Under the pieces are notes generated by a model, which was given only the letters and a program-made list of their open reading frames with translations, had not been told where the DNA came from and ran no database searches. Below, piece by piece: positions 41,445-55,001 of a DNA stretch of 64,000 bases. Position numbers and translations under genes: made by a program. The DNA is from the human T2T-CHM13v2.0 reference genome, Homo sapiens. Within the stretch, counting starts at the first letter, position 1. Each line of letters starts with the position of its first letter. Where the stretch lies: the NCBI RefSeq assembly GCF_009914755.1, contig NC_060926.1. One strand, written 5' to 3'.

Positions 41445-41678
41445 CTTGAAACAGGGAATCAGAAGTACACGGCTTCCACTTTGAGTTTATGCCTTTAAAT
41501 AACATGGGACTTCAGATGATTTAACTAACTTTGACAAACCTTTTCTCACATCCTTAATGGGGAATAATGAGGCCTAGCAGATTTCTTTTATGAGGATTAA
41601 ACGAGATAATACATGTGAAACACTCCAGACGGTACACAGGACCGTTGAAGCCCTCTACAGAGAGTAGCCACTATTATC
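41445..41678 (+). mobile_element. MIR
   Basis: aatggggaataat...tgaggattaaacgagataatacatgtgaaa. Confidence 0.7.
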
Positions 41679-41816
41679 CTCACCCTTGCATTTTATATTT
41701 GTAAGTATTTTACGTTCTTTATGTATGGGCCCTAACAATGCCCAGGGATATTTTTAAAGGAAAATATTGGAGAGATTAACTTCATAATAAGCTGTAGATA
41801 TTAAGTTGCACTTTAA

Positions 41817-42070
41817 GTGTAGCAGAGTGGTTAAAAACTTGGGCTAAAGTTTGAGAAGACTGAGATCAAGGGCCTGTTCTGAAAAACAGATACATCACCT
41901 TTAAAAACTTTTGAACTTCCCTAAGTCCTCTTTTGTTCATCTGTAAAATGAGAATAATAGTAAAAGTTCCTTACTTCTGGGATGACTGGGAAGCATAAAT
42001 GCCTATGAAGTGCTTGGCATGGTGACTGATATATATATTTAGTCCTCAATAAATATTAGCTGCTAATAAT
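41817..42070 (+). mobile_element. MIR
   Basis: gtggttaaaa start, catctgtaaaatgagaataatag core, ctcaataaatattagctg end. Confidence 0.75.
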
Positions 42071-42274
42071 ATTAATACAAATAATTGCATATACTAAAAA
42101 CCTAAAGAGTGTTTTCTAATTTTTTAAATAAAAACATTTCTCATTTTTGGTGGTGATCCTATACCAAATATATGAAGCAATAAAATAAAAATGAGCAAAT
42201 AAATTAAAAAAAAACACAGAAAGGAAAACAATCTCATGTATTATCTGAAAATGATGAACATAAAGGTATAAAAG

Positions 42275-42661
<387 letters not shown>

Positions 42662-42754
42662 TTAGATAAAAAATACTCTAATTTAAATTGGTTTAATTTG
42701 CCCATGCTCACAACTGCTGCCTTATATATGTCTAGTGAAAATATTTGTTTATAT

Positions 42755-43445
42755 AATCAGTCATTTATGTATTAAATATTTTTGAGCATCAGCTAGTTCC
42801 TGTTCCCGAGGAGCCTGCTCCCTGATGGGTATGATAAACAATAAACAAACTGACAAATTACGCAAATTATTCTATATTAAAAATCCCAAGGAGTGCTGTG
42901 AAGGAGTATAGAGTGCAGTTAGCAGTAAAATCTAATTCAGACGGGGGGATTAGGGAGGGGTTCCCTAAGAAACTAACATCTAAGCTAGGACCTATAGGGT
43001 GGGCAAAAATTAGCTGGAGAATGAACATTCAAGGCAGAAGCAACTGGAAGCATGAAGCCTCCAATGTGGGAAGGATGAGGAGAAACCTCCAGGAAACAGA
43101 CCAGCCTGCAGAGTTGTGAGCACCAGGAAAAAGTGCTAATGAAGCTACTAGAGTAGGGAGAATCCAGAACACATGGAGTCTGGCTGCCACGTCATGGGTC
43201 CTAGTCCTGAGCCTACAAGGAAAGAAAAGCCACCAGATGGGTTCCTAACAGGGGAAAATGAGAAGGGTTTTGCAGTTTAATAAAGTCATTTTGACTATTA
43301 TGTGAAAAAAACGATCGGAGGAGAGCCGAAGTAGATATAAGGAAATTGATTCAAAAGCTACTGCAGAAGCCCATTTAAGAGACAATGGTGTTTGGGATGC
43401 TGGTGGCAGATGAGGAAAAAAGTTGATAGATCAAGAAATATTTGG
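42755..43445 (-). mobile_element. L2, split by the L1PB insertion and resuming at 45034-~45190
   Basis: Antisense L2 3' end and body. gatagatcaagaaatatttgg continues as gggagacagaatccacaggacc after the insertion. Confidence 0.75.
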
Positions 43446-44763
43446 TTTCCATTTGTTTGTGTCATCTATGATTTCTTTCAGCAGTGTTTTGTAGTTTTCT
43501 TTGTAGAGGTCTTTCACCTCCTTGGTTAGGTATATTCCTAAGTGGTTTTTTTTTTTTTTTTTTGCAGCTATTGTAAAAGGGGTTGAGTTCTTGATTCCAT
43601 TCTCAGCTTGGTCGCTGTTAGTGTAGAGAAAAGCTACTGATTTGTGTACATTAATTTTATATCTGGAAACTTTGCTGAATTCTTTTATCTAAGTTCTAGG
43701 GGCTTTCTGGGGGAATCCTTAGGGTTTTCTAGGTAAACAATCATATCATCAGCAAACAGTGACAGTTTGACTTTCTCTTTACCAATTTGGATGCCCTTTA
43801 TTTTTTTATCTCGTCTGATTGCTCTGGCTAGGACTTCCAGTACTGTGTTGAAGAGGAGTGATGAGAGTGGACATCCTGTCTTGTTCCAATCCCCGGGGGA
43901 AATGCTTTGAGTTTTTCCTCATTCAGTATTATGCTGTGGGTTTGTCATAAATAGCTTTTATTCTATTGAGGTATGTCCCTTGTATACTGATTTTGCTGAG
44001 GGTTTTAATCATAAGGGATGCTGGATTTTGTTGAATGTTTTTTTCTGCATCTATAGAGATGATCATGTGATTGTTATTTTTAATTCTGTTTATGTGTGTA
44101 TCACATTTATTGACTTGCATCTATTAAACCATCCCTGCATCCTTGGTATGAAACCCACTTGATCATGATGGATTATCTTTTTGATATGTTGTTGGATTCG
44201 GTTAGCTAGTATTGTGTTAAGGATTTTAGCATCTAGGTTCATCAGGGATATTGGTCTGTAGTTTTCTTTTTTGGTTATGTCCCTTCCTGGTTTTGGTATT
44301 AGGGTGATACTGGCTTCATATAATCATTCAGGGAGGGTCTCTCTTTCTCTGTCTTGTGGAATAGTGTCAGTAGGATTGGTACCAATTCTCCTTCGGATGT
44401 CTGGGAGAATTCTGCTGTGAATCTCTTTCGTCCTGGACTTTTTTTGTTGGTAAAATTTTAATTACCATTTCAAACTCACTGCTTGTTATTGGTCTGTTCA
44501 GGGTATCTTGTTCTTCCTAATTTAAACTAGGAGGATTGTATCTTTCCAGGAATTTATCTATCTCTTCTAGGTTTTCTAGTTTATTTGCATAAAGGTGTTC
44601 ATAGTAGCCTTGAATGATCTTTTGTATTTCTGTGGTGTCAGTTATGATATCTCCTGTTTCATTTCTGATTGAGCTTATTTGGATTTTCTCTCTTATTTTC
44701 TTGGTTAACGTTGCAATGGTCTGTTGATTTTATTTATCCTTCCAAAAAGCCAGCTTTGTGTTT
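43446..44763 (-). mobile_element. Inverted ORF2 segment of a 5'-inverted L1 (L1PB-like)
   Basis: The minus-strand ORF 43929-44120 encodes the ORF2p RT-like peptide [19 protein letters not shown]. Antisense L1 throughout. Confidence 0.92.
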
Positions 44764-44812
44764 GTAACCAAACAACACCTGTTCCCCAATAACCTATGGA
44801 AATTAAAAAAAA
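44764..44812 (+). mobile_element. L1PB-type extreme 3' end and A tail (non-inverted part of the same insertion)
   Basis: gtaaccaaacaacacctgttccccaataacctatggaaattaaaaaaaa matches the recalled L1PB terminus. Confidence 0.8.
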
Positions 44813-45489
44813 GAAATTAGAGGTAATATTAAATATACAGTTAAATTTTATGTATATAAAATTTCTGTATTCCTAAAGAACAAATGGATATAAAAATATT
44901 GTCAACTAGCTTTACTTTGATTTTTGGGGTCTGTTGTTGTTAAAAGTTATTACTTTGTTTTGAAAAGATGACATGTCTTGTGGAAATTTTTAATACATAC
45001 TGAAATTAGTTTTTTTAAAAAAGAAATATTTGGGAGACAGAATCCACAGGACCTGGCTATTGATAGACTCCATGCAAGATAGTGAGGAAAATATGTCAGG
45101 ATAAGTAGGATAACCACAAGTCCTAGTAAGCAATTGGATAGATGAGGGTGCTCTTTGCTGATGTGGATACACAGAGGAAGTGCAGGGACATGGCAGGGAA
45201 AGTGGGAGGTGTAGCAGTGGTATTGGCGAAATAGGTTAAAATATTTTTAAAAATGCACAGCAAAGGTGAAATAAAACAATAAAATGAAAGATACAATAAT
45301 TAAATAGAAGAGTTAGGAAAAGATCAAGAAAATATTAATTACTGAAGGCACCAAGGACTTTAAATGGGGATGACATCTATTAAGTGGTTCAGGCTTTCCA
45401 AAGAGACAATATTTGCCTAAAAGCAACCACAAGCTCCAGTGTTATGTTTAGAATTGCTGGGGAAGAATGCCACTGACCAAAGTAAGTAA

Positions 45490-45700
45490 AACTACTAGTA
45501 TTTAGAATGCCCACTGTATGTCAGATACTGAACAAAGTATTTCTTATGTATTATCTAATACAATCCCCACAATCACCTCATGTGGTAGGTCTATGTTACC
45601 CGTGAGAAAAATGGAGGCTCAGAAAGGACTGGCCACTCAGCTGCTAAGTGGTAAATCAGGTGGTTCTGCCTCCACTGCTCAAGCACTTTCTCCTTTATTA
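45490..45700 (-). mobile_element. MIR
   Basis: atgcccactgtatgtcaga...aatccccacaa...gagaaaaatggaggctcagaaagg. Confidence 0.65.
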
Positions 45701-45849
45701 TGTTGCCTGTTATTGCAACATGTATCCTAAGGGACTTCTAGAGGTACCTATGCTACTATCTCCAATAAAATGTATGGGGATGATTAGCTGATATTTTTGC
45801 TTACCTGAAACAGTCCTTCATCTTTTGTCCGTAGCATCCTCATTTTGAT

Positions 45850-46312
45850 GTGAGTAAATCCCTCTCCACCATGAGGGTGCAGCCCAGGGGGATTGCTGAT
45901 AGATTGCCCTGTGTTTCCTATGACAAGGAGGTAGAGGGGCCAGTAGTTCAGCAAGGACCAGTGGAAATTCTTCCTGATTTAAGCTAGGAGGATTGCATCT
46001 TTCCAGGAATTTATCTATCTCTTCTAGGTTTTCTAGTTTACATGCATAAAGGTGTTCATAGTAGTCTTCAATGATCTTTTGTATTTCTGTGGGTTCTTCT
46101 TGGAAATGGAATGAGGAGCAGAGTGAAGCAAAGGCTGCCGAGGGAGAGTCTAACAAGACTCTCAGGCAGTTCTTGCTGCCTTGATTTTTGTGCTTCCAAA
46201 TTTCTTCTTTGGGTTTCCCAGTTAAGCCCTTCAATTTTTTTTCAGTAATTTCCCTTTTGGCTTAGATTAGACAAACTTAGTCTTTCCTACTTTCAACCAA
46301 GTAATCCCCACT
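45850..46312 (+). mobile_element. Ancient ERVL LTR remnant (LTR16-like) carrying a 125-bp L1 insert
   Basis: The 3' end ttcccttttggcttagattag...ctactttcaaccaag resembles LTR16-group termini. The 5' boundary is uncertain. Confidence 0.4.
45968..46092 (-). mobile_element. 125-bp internal L1 ORF2 fragment without poly-A
   Basis: Ungapped match to 44511-44635 (7 mismatches by manual count). Encodes TEIQKIIEDYYEHLYA-like ORF2p sequence on the minus strand. Confidence 0.9.
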
Positions 46313-46593
46313 AAAACGTTAGACCCATTTCATTCTAAAGAATCAGGAGCTGTGTATAGGGGACACATTGCTCTTGAAGCTCCATCTGCAGCTATTTTGC
46401 TCTGGTGTGCTTTGTGAAGGAGGCGAGGGACAAGTTTGCAAACTCCTATGAGTGAGTGCATGAGCAAGGGTGTTGTCTGATAAATTTCTATAGGAGTGGT
46501 TAAGGGGCAGTGGCTAGCCTCCTTCTAACCTGCTTAATAAAGGGAGGGTTTCACAGAGAAAGTTGATTTTGAGCAGAGTTTGGAATAAAGTGG

Positions 46594-46962
46594 TGTATTT
46601 TTTTCACACTACTATAAAGAACTACCTGAGACTGGGTAATTTATGAGGAAAAGAAGTTTAAGTGACTCACAGTTCTGCAGGCTAAACAGGAAACATGGCT
46701 GAGAGGCCTCAGGAAATTTACAATCATGATAGAAAGTGAAAGGGAAGCAAGCATGTCTTACCATGGCAAAGCAGGTGGAGTGGGGGGAACTGCCACACAC
46801 TTTCAAACCATCAGACCTCATGAGAACTCACTCACTATCATGGGAACAACATGGAGGAAGCCACCCCCATGATCCAATCACCTCCCACTATGTCCCTCCT
46901 CTGACGTGTGGGGATTACAATTCGAGATGATATTTGGGTGGGGATAGAGCCAAACCATATCA
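46594..46962 (-). mobile_element. MSTA-like MaLR solo LTR
   Basis: ataaagaactacctgagactgggtaatttat at one end and agccaaaccatatca at the other. TSD agtgg/agtga. Confidence 0.88.
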
Positions 46963-47104
46963 AGTGATTAAAACAAAAATTGCTGGTCAACAGGTAGGAA
47001 GTTGCTTTGTTAGCATAGAGTTACGAAATTTCTATGTCAGAGAGAAACTTTTACTGGATACACACAAAAGAAAATAGTTATTTGAATGTAATTATGTCTA
47101 ATGA

Positions 47105-47454
<350 letters not shown>

Positions 47455-48182
47455 AAAATGTTTTATATGTTTGAATTTTTATCATAACCCATTGGCTTTT
47501 TGAGAAACATTTTCTTCTTGAAAAAAAGTTTGATTCTTCAAATACTTCAAACTCTTCTTTAATGAATTATGTCAACTTTAATCCGTGGAGCAATGCATTC
47601 TTCTGAGTGAAGACACAATCTTATTAGAAGGATCATTCCTGCAATTCCTAGGTTTTGAGATGACAAGTGATCATGTGGAATAGGCAACCATTGGAGAATT
47701 ATCTGGGGAAGCAGAATGGGTGTTTCTAGGGTGACCAGAGAAGGGTAACAAACATAGACATGTGAGACTTGTACATGTTCAGAACCAGAAGTTTCCCTAA
47801 AAAATGTAAATTTAAGGGTGCACTTTGGGGACACTGTCTGAACTGCAGAAGGAGGCATAATGACCCAGGGAGACAGACACTGTGGGAATAGCTGACTTCC
47901 AACATCGGTGATAAAAAGGACTGAGATTCCTACTGAGAAATGGGCTCACACTGTTTTTAAGTTTAAAGGTGGGCACTGCCCTTTCTCCTTTCTACTCGTA
48001 TCCTTCACTGCAATGGTCTGTTTGTGACATCTTTTTCCTTCAAGAGTGTCATTAAGGTAGACTTTTACCTATTTTCATTTTACAAAAGTATTTCAGAAAG
48101 TGAAAAGTGCAGTGTCCTTCCCCTATGTTAGGTCTTCTCTGAAGAGCCTGAAAAGTACATGTGAACTAGACATAAAACATCT

Positions 48183-49270
48183 GAAAACCTAGGCAATACC
48201 ATTCAGGACATAGGCATGGGCAAGGACTTCATGTCTAAAACACCAAAAACAGTGGCAACAAAAGCCAAAATTGACAAATGGGATCTAATGAAACTAAAGA
48301 GCTTCTGCACAGCAAAAGAAACTACCATCAGAGTGAACAGGCAATCTACAGAATGGGAGAAAATTTTTGCAGTCTACTCATCTGACAAAGGGCTAATACC
48401 CAGAATCTACAAACAAACTTACAAGAAAAAAACAAACCACCCCATCAAAAAGTGGGCAAAGGATATGAACAGACACTTCTCAAAAGAAGACATTTACGCA
48501 GCCAAGAGACACATGAAAAAATGCTCATCATCACTGGCCATCAGAGAAATGCATATAAAAACCACAATGAGATATCATCTCACACCAGTTAGAATGGTGA
48601 TCATTAAAAGGTCAGGAAACAACAGGTGCTGGAGAGGATGTGGAGAAATAGGAACACTTTTACACTGCTGGTGGGACTGTAAACTAGTTCAACCATTGTG
48701 GAAGACAGTGTGGCAATTCCTCAGGGATCTAGGACTAGAAATACCATTTGACCCAGCCATCCCATTACTGGGTATATACCCAAAGGAATATAAATCATGC
48801 TTCTATAAAGACACATACACATGTATGTTCATTGCGGCACTACTCACAATAGCAAAGACTTGGAGCCAACCCAAATGTCCAACAATGATAGACTGGATTA
48901 AGAAAATGTGGCACATATACACCATGGAATACTGTGCAGCCATAAAAAAGGATGAGTTCATGTCCTTTGTAGGGACATGGATGAAGCTGGAAACCATCAT
49001 TCTCACCAAACTATCGCAAGGACAAAAAAACCAAACACCACGTGTTCTCACTCATAGGTGGGAATTGAACAATGAGAACACAGGAAGGGGAACATCACAC
49101 ACTGGGGCCTGTTGTGGGGTGGGGTAGGGAGGAGGGATAGCATTAGGAGATATACCTAATGTAAACGACAAGTTAATGGGTGCAGCTCACCAACATGGCA
49201 CATGTATACATATGTAACAAACCTGCATGTTGTGCACATGTACCCTAGAACTTAAAGTATAAATATATAT

Positions 49271-49333
<63 letters not shown>

Positions 49334-49339
49334 AAAAAA
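48183..49339 (+). mobile_element. 5'-truncated L1PA (L1PA3-5-like): ORF2 C-terminus and 3' UTR
   Basis: ORF 48216-49127 is the ORF2p C-terminus with the Cys-rich motif [18 protein letters not shown], frameshifted near its end. G-rich 3' UTR tract. Ends ccctagaacttaaagtataa. Confidence 0.95.
49263..49330. repeat. (AT)n microsatellite in the L1 tail: (AT)10, a short interruption, then (AT)23
   Basis: Read directly. Confidence 0.95.
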
Positions 49340-49413
49340 ACGTTAAATTTGCCCTTTTGCCTGGTTCTGAGCACACTGTTGTAGGCATGATGGCAAACGT
49401 CTACTCTTTGGTA

Positions 49414-50100
49414 TGGGTGGGCTAGTACCATGTATTGATTTTTGTGGTTTCAAGCAAAACATTCTACAAACAAGAATCCCAGGCTGGCACAAAACTGAGT
49501 AGCATAGTAGTCCATTTCACCACTCTCTGAGACCAGCTGCTTGTGGACCCCACAAGGACAAAGGCAAGACCAGTCCCACATATGTCAGGCCATTGGCAGA
49601 AGGCCTGGCAAGAACAGAAGTTTCGCATGGCTTCTATGGACATCCCTTACAATCCTGGGACCTGCACCATTGCTGAGAAACTAATATCAGCCAATTCCAA
49701 TGACTCACCCTCTAATTCCTAATATGGCACCTTAACTTAGATAGACTAGCCACTATCTAACAGAAGGTAGAGTACCTTGCTGAGCCCTTTTGTCCAGGCT
49801 GAAGACAGCAGTGGGTCCTTTCTAAAGGAGCATCAGATCTCTGCATGTGCCAACCTCTGAGGAAACTCTGGCTCTATTTTGTCACAGATAAGGTCTGCAT
49901 TCTGTAGAGCCAGACCTTCTGGCAATGGTCTGACATGTGTGGGTCTGGTCTTATCTTTACCTGTGTGGGGCCCACAAGAAGCTGGTCTCAGAGAGTGGTG
50001 GAATGCTCTACTGTGCTCCTCAGTTTTGTGCCTGTTTGAGACGGCTTGTAGAATGTTTTGCTTGGAACCACTAAGTCAATATATGGTGCTAGCTTGCCTA
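49414..50100. repeat. Long imperfect inverted repeat: arms 49414-49609 and 49909-50100, ~300-bp spacer
   Basis: For example caagcaaaacattctacaa pairs with ttgtagaatgttttgcttg, and caccactctctgagaccagct pairs with agctggtctcagagagtggtg. About 80% arm identity by manual alignment. Confidence 0.93.
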
Positions 50101-50215
50101 GAGCAAATGCATGGAACTGGAAACCAAGAGATAGAATTTCCATATGGCTTTTTAGGAAAGTGAGCAGAAAGACCTATGAGAGTCATGGGTCAGGCTAGTC
50201 TGACTGATCCCTGAG

Positions 50216-50353
50216 TAGGGATGTCAGATTTTGCAAATGCAAATAGAGGATATATAAGTATGTATGTAATACTTGGGAAATATACTAAAATTTTTCATTG
50301 TTTTTCTGAAATTCAAATTTAACTGGGTGCCTGTATCTTAGCTGGCAACTCTA
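50216..50353. mobile_element. MER53 hAT MITE, internally deleted
   Basis: tagggatgtcaga / ctggcaactcta TIRs, ctgaaattcaaatttaactggg motif. Perfect 8-bp TSD tccctgag at 50208-50215 and 50354-50361. Confidence 0.85.
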
Positions 50354-51158
50354 TCCCTGAGACAGGGGCTATAATGAAAGAGAAAGTGATTCCATAAAAG
50401 CCAGACTGAAGACAAACAGTTCAAACAGGAGCAAGACTTACTGTGGCAAAAAGTCCTCTTTATCAAGTACAGCGAGTGGCTGAAGCACATCTGACTCCAA
50501 TAAATTTGTCCCATTAAGACCACATTCATTATGACCACCCTAGTTTCTTTGTCAGTAACCTTATCCTATTTTCCTTTTTCTTTTTCACCATCATCTTGCA
50601 CCTTGCAGACAGAGTTGGCCAGGTTTATCCTGACAGGTGCTGTTGAGTTGAAAAGGCTCACACATGAGGCATTCTTTCCTGTCTCCTCTTACCCCGGATA
50701 TTAACATTCTATGTTTCCTAAACTTACTGTTAGTTCAATGCTGCCCCTCCAGGAAAAAGAATCTAAGAGTAAGTCACAGTTGCAGCACTCTGGGGGGAAA
50801 GAAAAGAAGATTGGAATAGTTGCCATGATTCCATCAAAACCCTGCCCAGAGATGGAAGGTGGGAAGGAGCAAAGAGAAAGTTTCCACTTCTGCCCTGCCC
50901 TGACTGTGTCAGGCAAAGGTAGTGAGCCTCTGCTCTGTGGCAGGCATGGTGTTTGGAGGGATAGCAAATCTTTGACAGAACAACAGGTTTTCTGCATTAC
51001 TCACATGGAGTAACACAGTCCCTGTAGTTTACAGTTAGTCCCTCCTAAGAAACTTTACCCTCACCTCCAAAATGAAGGAGACAAAGGGTGAAAGGGACAA
51101 GACTGAGGATAAATATTAAAGTATGTTCAAGGCTAGAATTTATTCACTCAAGAAATGT

Positions 51159-51452
<294 letters not shown>

Positions 51453-51494
51453 GAAGTGAGGAAATTTTACAGGGTCATTTTTTTTTTCCACTTA

Positions 51495-51830
51495 GGCAGT
51501 ATATACACCCACCGCCCAGTACCTAGTACCTAGAAGATATTGAAGAGCCATGAAAAAGATTGAGGCAAGAAAAAATACATTTCTGGGCTCCAAGACATAA
51601 AGAAAAGCTTCAAAAAATTTTATTCAATGTTTTATAAAATATCTAAAAATGTACTTTATTTCAGTTATGTAACTTAACTCATAATTACATAAAAAGTTGA
51701 AATCAGAAGAATGAAATAATTTTTTTAAATGCTGAAAATGGTAATAGTTGAAATCCTTCCAAAAATGTTTCAGTAGAAGTTATGTTTAATATGGAATGCA
51801 AGTGTGTTAAGAAGAAAGGTATTTTTTTTA
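51495..51830. mobile_element. hAT-Tip100 remnant (MER115/Zaphod-like)
   Basis: ggctccaagacataaagaaaa...aactcataatt motifs. Recalled similarity only. Confidence 0.35.
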
Positions 51831-52044
51831 AGTTGTAGCACTTTATATATTTCATATTGATGTCCCAGGGTTTTAGTCATGCCTGCTCTTTAATTTTCTC
51901 AAATATGGGAATTAAGGCATATTTTTCCTTTTGCATTTTTATTATATATGGACTCTATGCCATCTGTAGTCCTTTGTTATTGTGAAGTTATTCACTGATA
52001 ATTTCCATTTTATTTTTTAGAAGCATTTATATTCATCATAAATA

Positions 52045-52220
52045 CATTAGGTCTGAAAGGTCTTTAATTAATGCTCTGGTTCAATCTCCTCATTGTACAG
52101 ATGTGAAAATTGAGCTCCCAGTGATTAATTTGACTAAAACCACACACTTAATAAATGACAGAGATTAGTGTCAAAATTGGGTTTTCTTGTTGCACCTCCA
52201 GGGTTCATTTCTACCACAGA
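52045..52220 (-). mobile_element. MIR/MIR3
   Basis: cctcattgtacagatgtgaaaattgag. Confidence 0.6.
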
Positions 52221-54231
52221 ATACTAACTTTAAACTAAAACATTTCCCAAACATTTTCTCCTCTTTTGCAGAAGAAAAACATGTTCTTACATGTAAAAAT
52301 GCCATTGGCTCATCTTATTAAAATACAGTAGCAATATTATTTGTATACTTTATTCTTCTACCCAGGTACACAATTAGCTGTCCCAACCAACCTAATGGAA
52401 AATTATCCATGATACAGTGAAGATAATCACACTGTTTACTTGCAAATCCTTCTCATTTTCATTTTAAGTGTTAAGTCATGCCAAATGAATTTGGACATGA
52501 ACGCATTTATTACTTTGCAATTATTGGAAATTATAAAAGCAGATATTAAAATAAAAGTTCTTTTGGGGGTGACTTCGATACAGCGTATTAATTTTAATTA
52601 CATCATTCATGATCATAATATGGTTTTATCGTTAGCTTTTGAATTTTCTTACACAAAAATCTACTTGTCCAAGAATTTCTGTAGAGTCTATAACCAGAAT
52701 GCTTCAGTGCTCTGAAAGGAGAGTGAAATTAGCACAATAATAGCTTTCTTCTCTTCATAAGAATATTTTAATGTAGATAAAATAAGAGCATATTAGAATC
52801 AGATTTATAATTATATAGCAGGTTTTTTTTTTTTTTAGTCTGAGCTTCAGGTAGGCCATTTCTGCTTAGAGTCCTTAAAATTTTTAAATATTCACTATGA
52901 ATGTCTTATTAAAATATGTTCTACATCTTTTTAAAAGTCTTACAATAGAGCCATTTCCTTCCAGATTTTAATTTAAACTATTTTCATTGCTTTTTACTTG
53001 GGCTTATTTTACCTTTTCAGTTTCTTAAAAAATATTTCTTAGGCTTTGCATTTGTGTTCTTCTTTTACATTAATTCAATCAAATATCACATTACTATTTA
53101 TAAAACATATATATTTATTTTAAGGATTCAAACTCTTTTTAGTTTTAAAATGCCATGATTTAGACTTGCGGTTGTTTTTTGTATACAAGAACAAATATGA
53201 AAACTGAATTTTAGAGAAATCTCTAATTCCTATGCTAGTGACATTTCAAATTCAAAGTAGTTTAAGAACACTATTAGATGAGGCCTTTGGTATAATTTTT
53301 GACAGATGGAGATGAGTAAGGAGAAGCCAGTTTTGGAGTCCTTCCATTAACTAGTCATGAAAGAAATGTCATCCTCTTATTCTTCATTTCAACTCCATTC
53401 CTTCAAACTTGCCTTTCATTTGGATTTTATTGTAAAATTCCCTCAAGTTCATCCTTAACCTAGCCCTTATCACCCCAGTTTGTGTTCTTTCGTTATTCAA
53501 AATGTCCAGGAAATTCCTTGTTAGCTTTGCTGGCATGCCTTCATGAGAACAAATGTGAATGCAAGAAGAAATTTTAGTTCCCCTGCTACGCAAAGATGTT
53601 TGGGGGATTAGCAAGCACCTTGGGAATGAGTAAAATGATTTGTGTCTGACCTGTATGTTGGAGAGTAATGACAACCAGTTTTCTCCTCCAATCATCGATT
53701 GATTAGGGATGGATCCTCAGTCAAAAGAACCAAGCCCATATACTTCTGCCTCTTCAGAAGATGTTTAAGAATTTCAGATTGTTTAAAAATAAACAATGAT
53801 TTTTAAGAAGTCACCTGGGCCAAATCTCAGATTAGTTTTTATCTCCTCTTACTTTCATTTTTCTCTGTGTTCTAAAGCTGTTTTGTAGAAATATGTAAGT
53901 TATAGTATAACCTTTTAGAACAAATGCATTTTCTCTGACACATTCTCCTGCTAAATCCTGCATTCTCCCAGACCATGCGTTGTAAAGATAGGGAATGTCT
54001 TGACATGGGCAGCTTGCAGGGGCTTCCAAACTCTGCTCCACAAAGACCTAGGTATTCTGAATATTTCTTAGCATCTCCCCGGCGGCCCCAAGATGTAACA
54101 TAGGGATAAGTGCATAAGACTCTGTGTGTGTGTGTGTGTTAGTGAGAGAAAGCGTGTCAAACACGGTTTTACTCAAGAGATTATTGGTATTACCAATTAG
54201 AGTTCCTTGTGTCAATTTATTTAAACCATAG

Positions 54232-55001
<770 letters not shown>

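Noticed and set aside
45818-46234. 138-aa minus-strand ORF with an ORF2p-like segment
   Set aside because: It is a chance fusion of the 125-bp L1 insert with LTR-like flanks. There is no evidence of expression.
48216-49127. Longest ORF (303 aa) as a protein-coding gene
   Set aside because: It is the C-terminal remnant of L1 ORF2p in a 5'-truncated element, with no promoter, endonuclease or RT core.
53384-53695. 103-aa ORF faintly resembling a CR1/L3 ORF2 C-terminus
   Set aside because: The similarity is too weak to call without a profile search.
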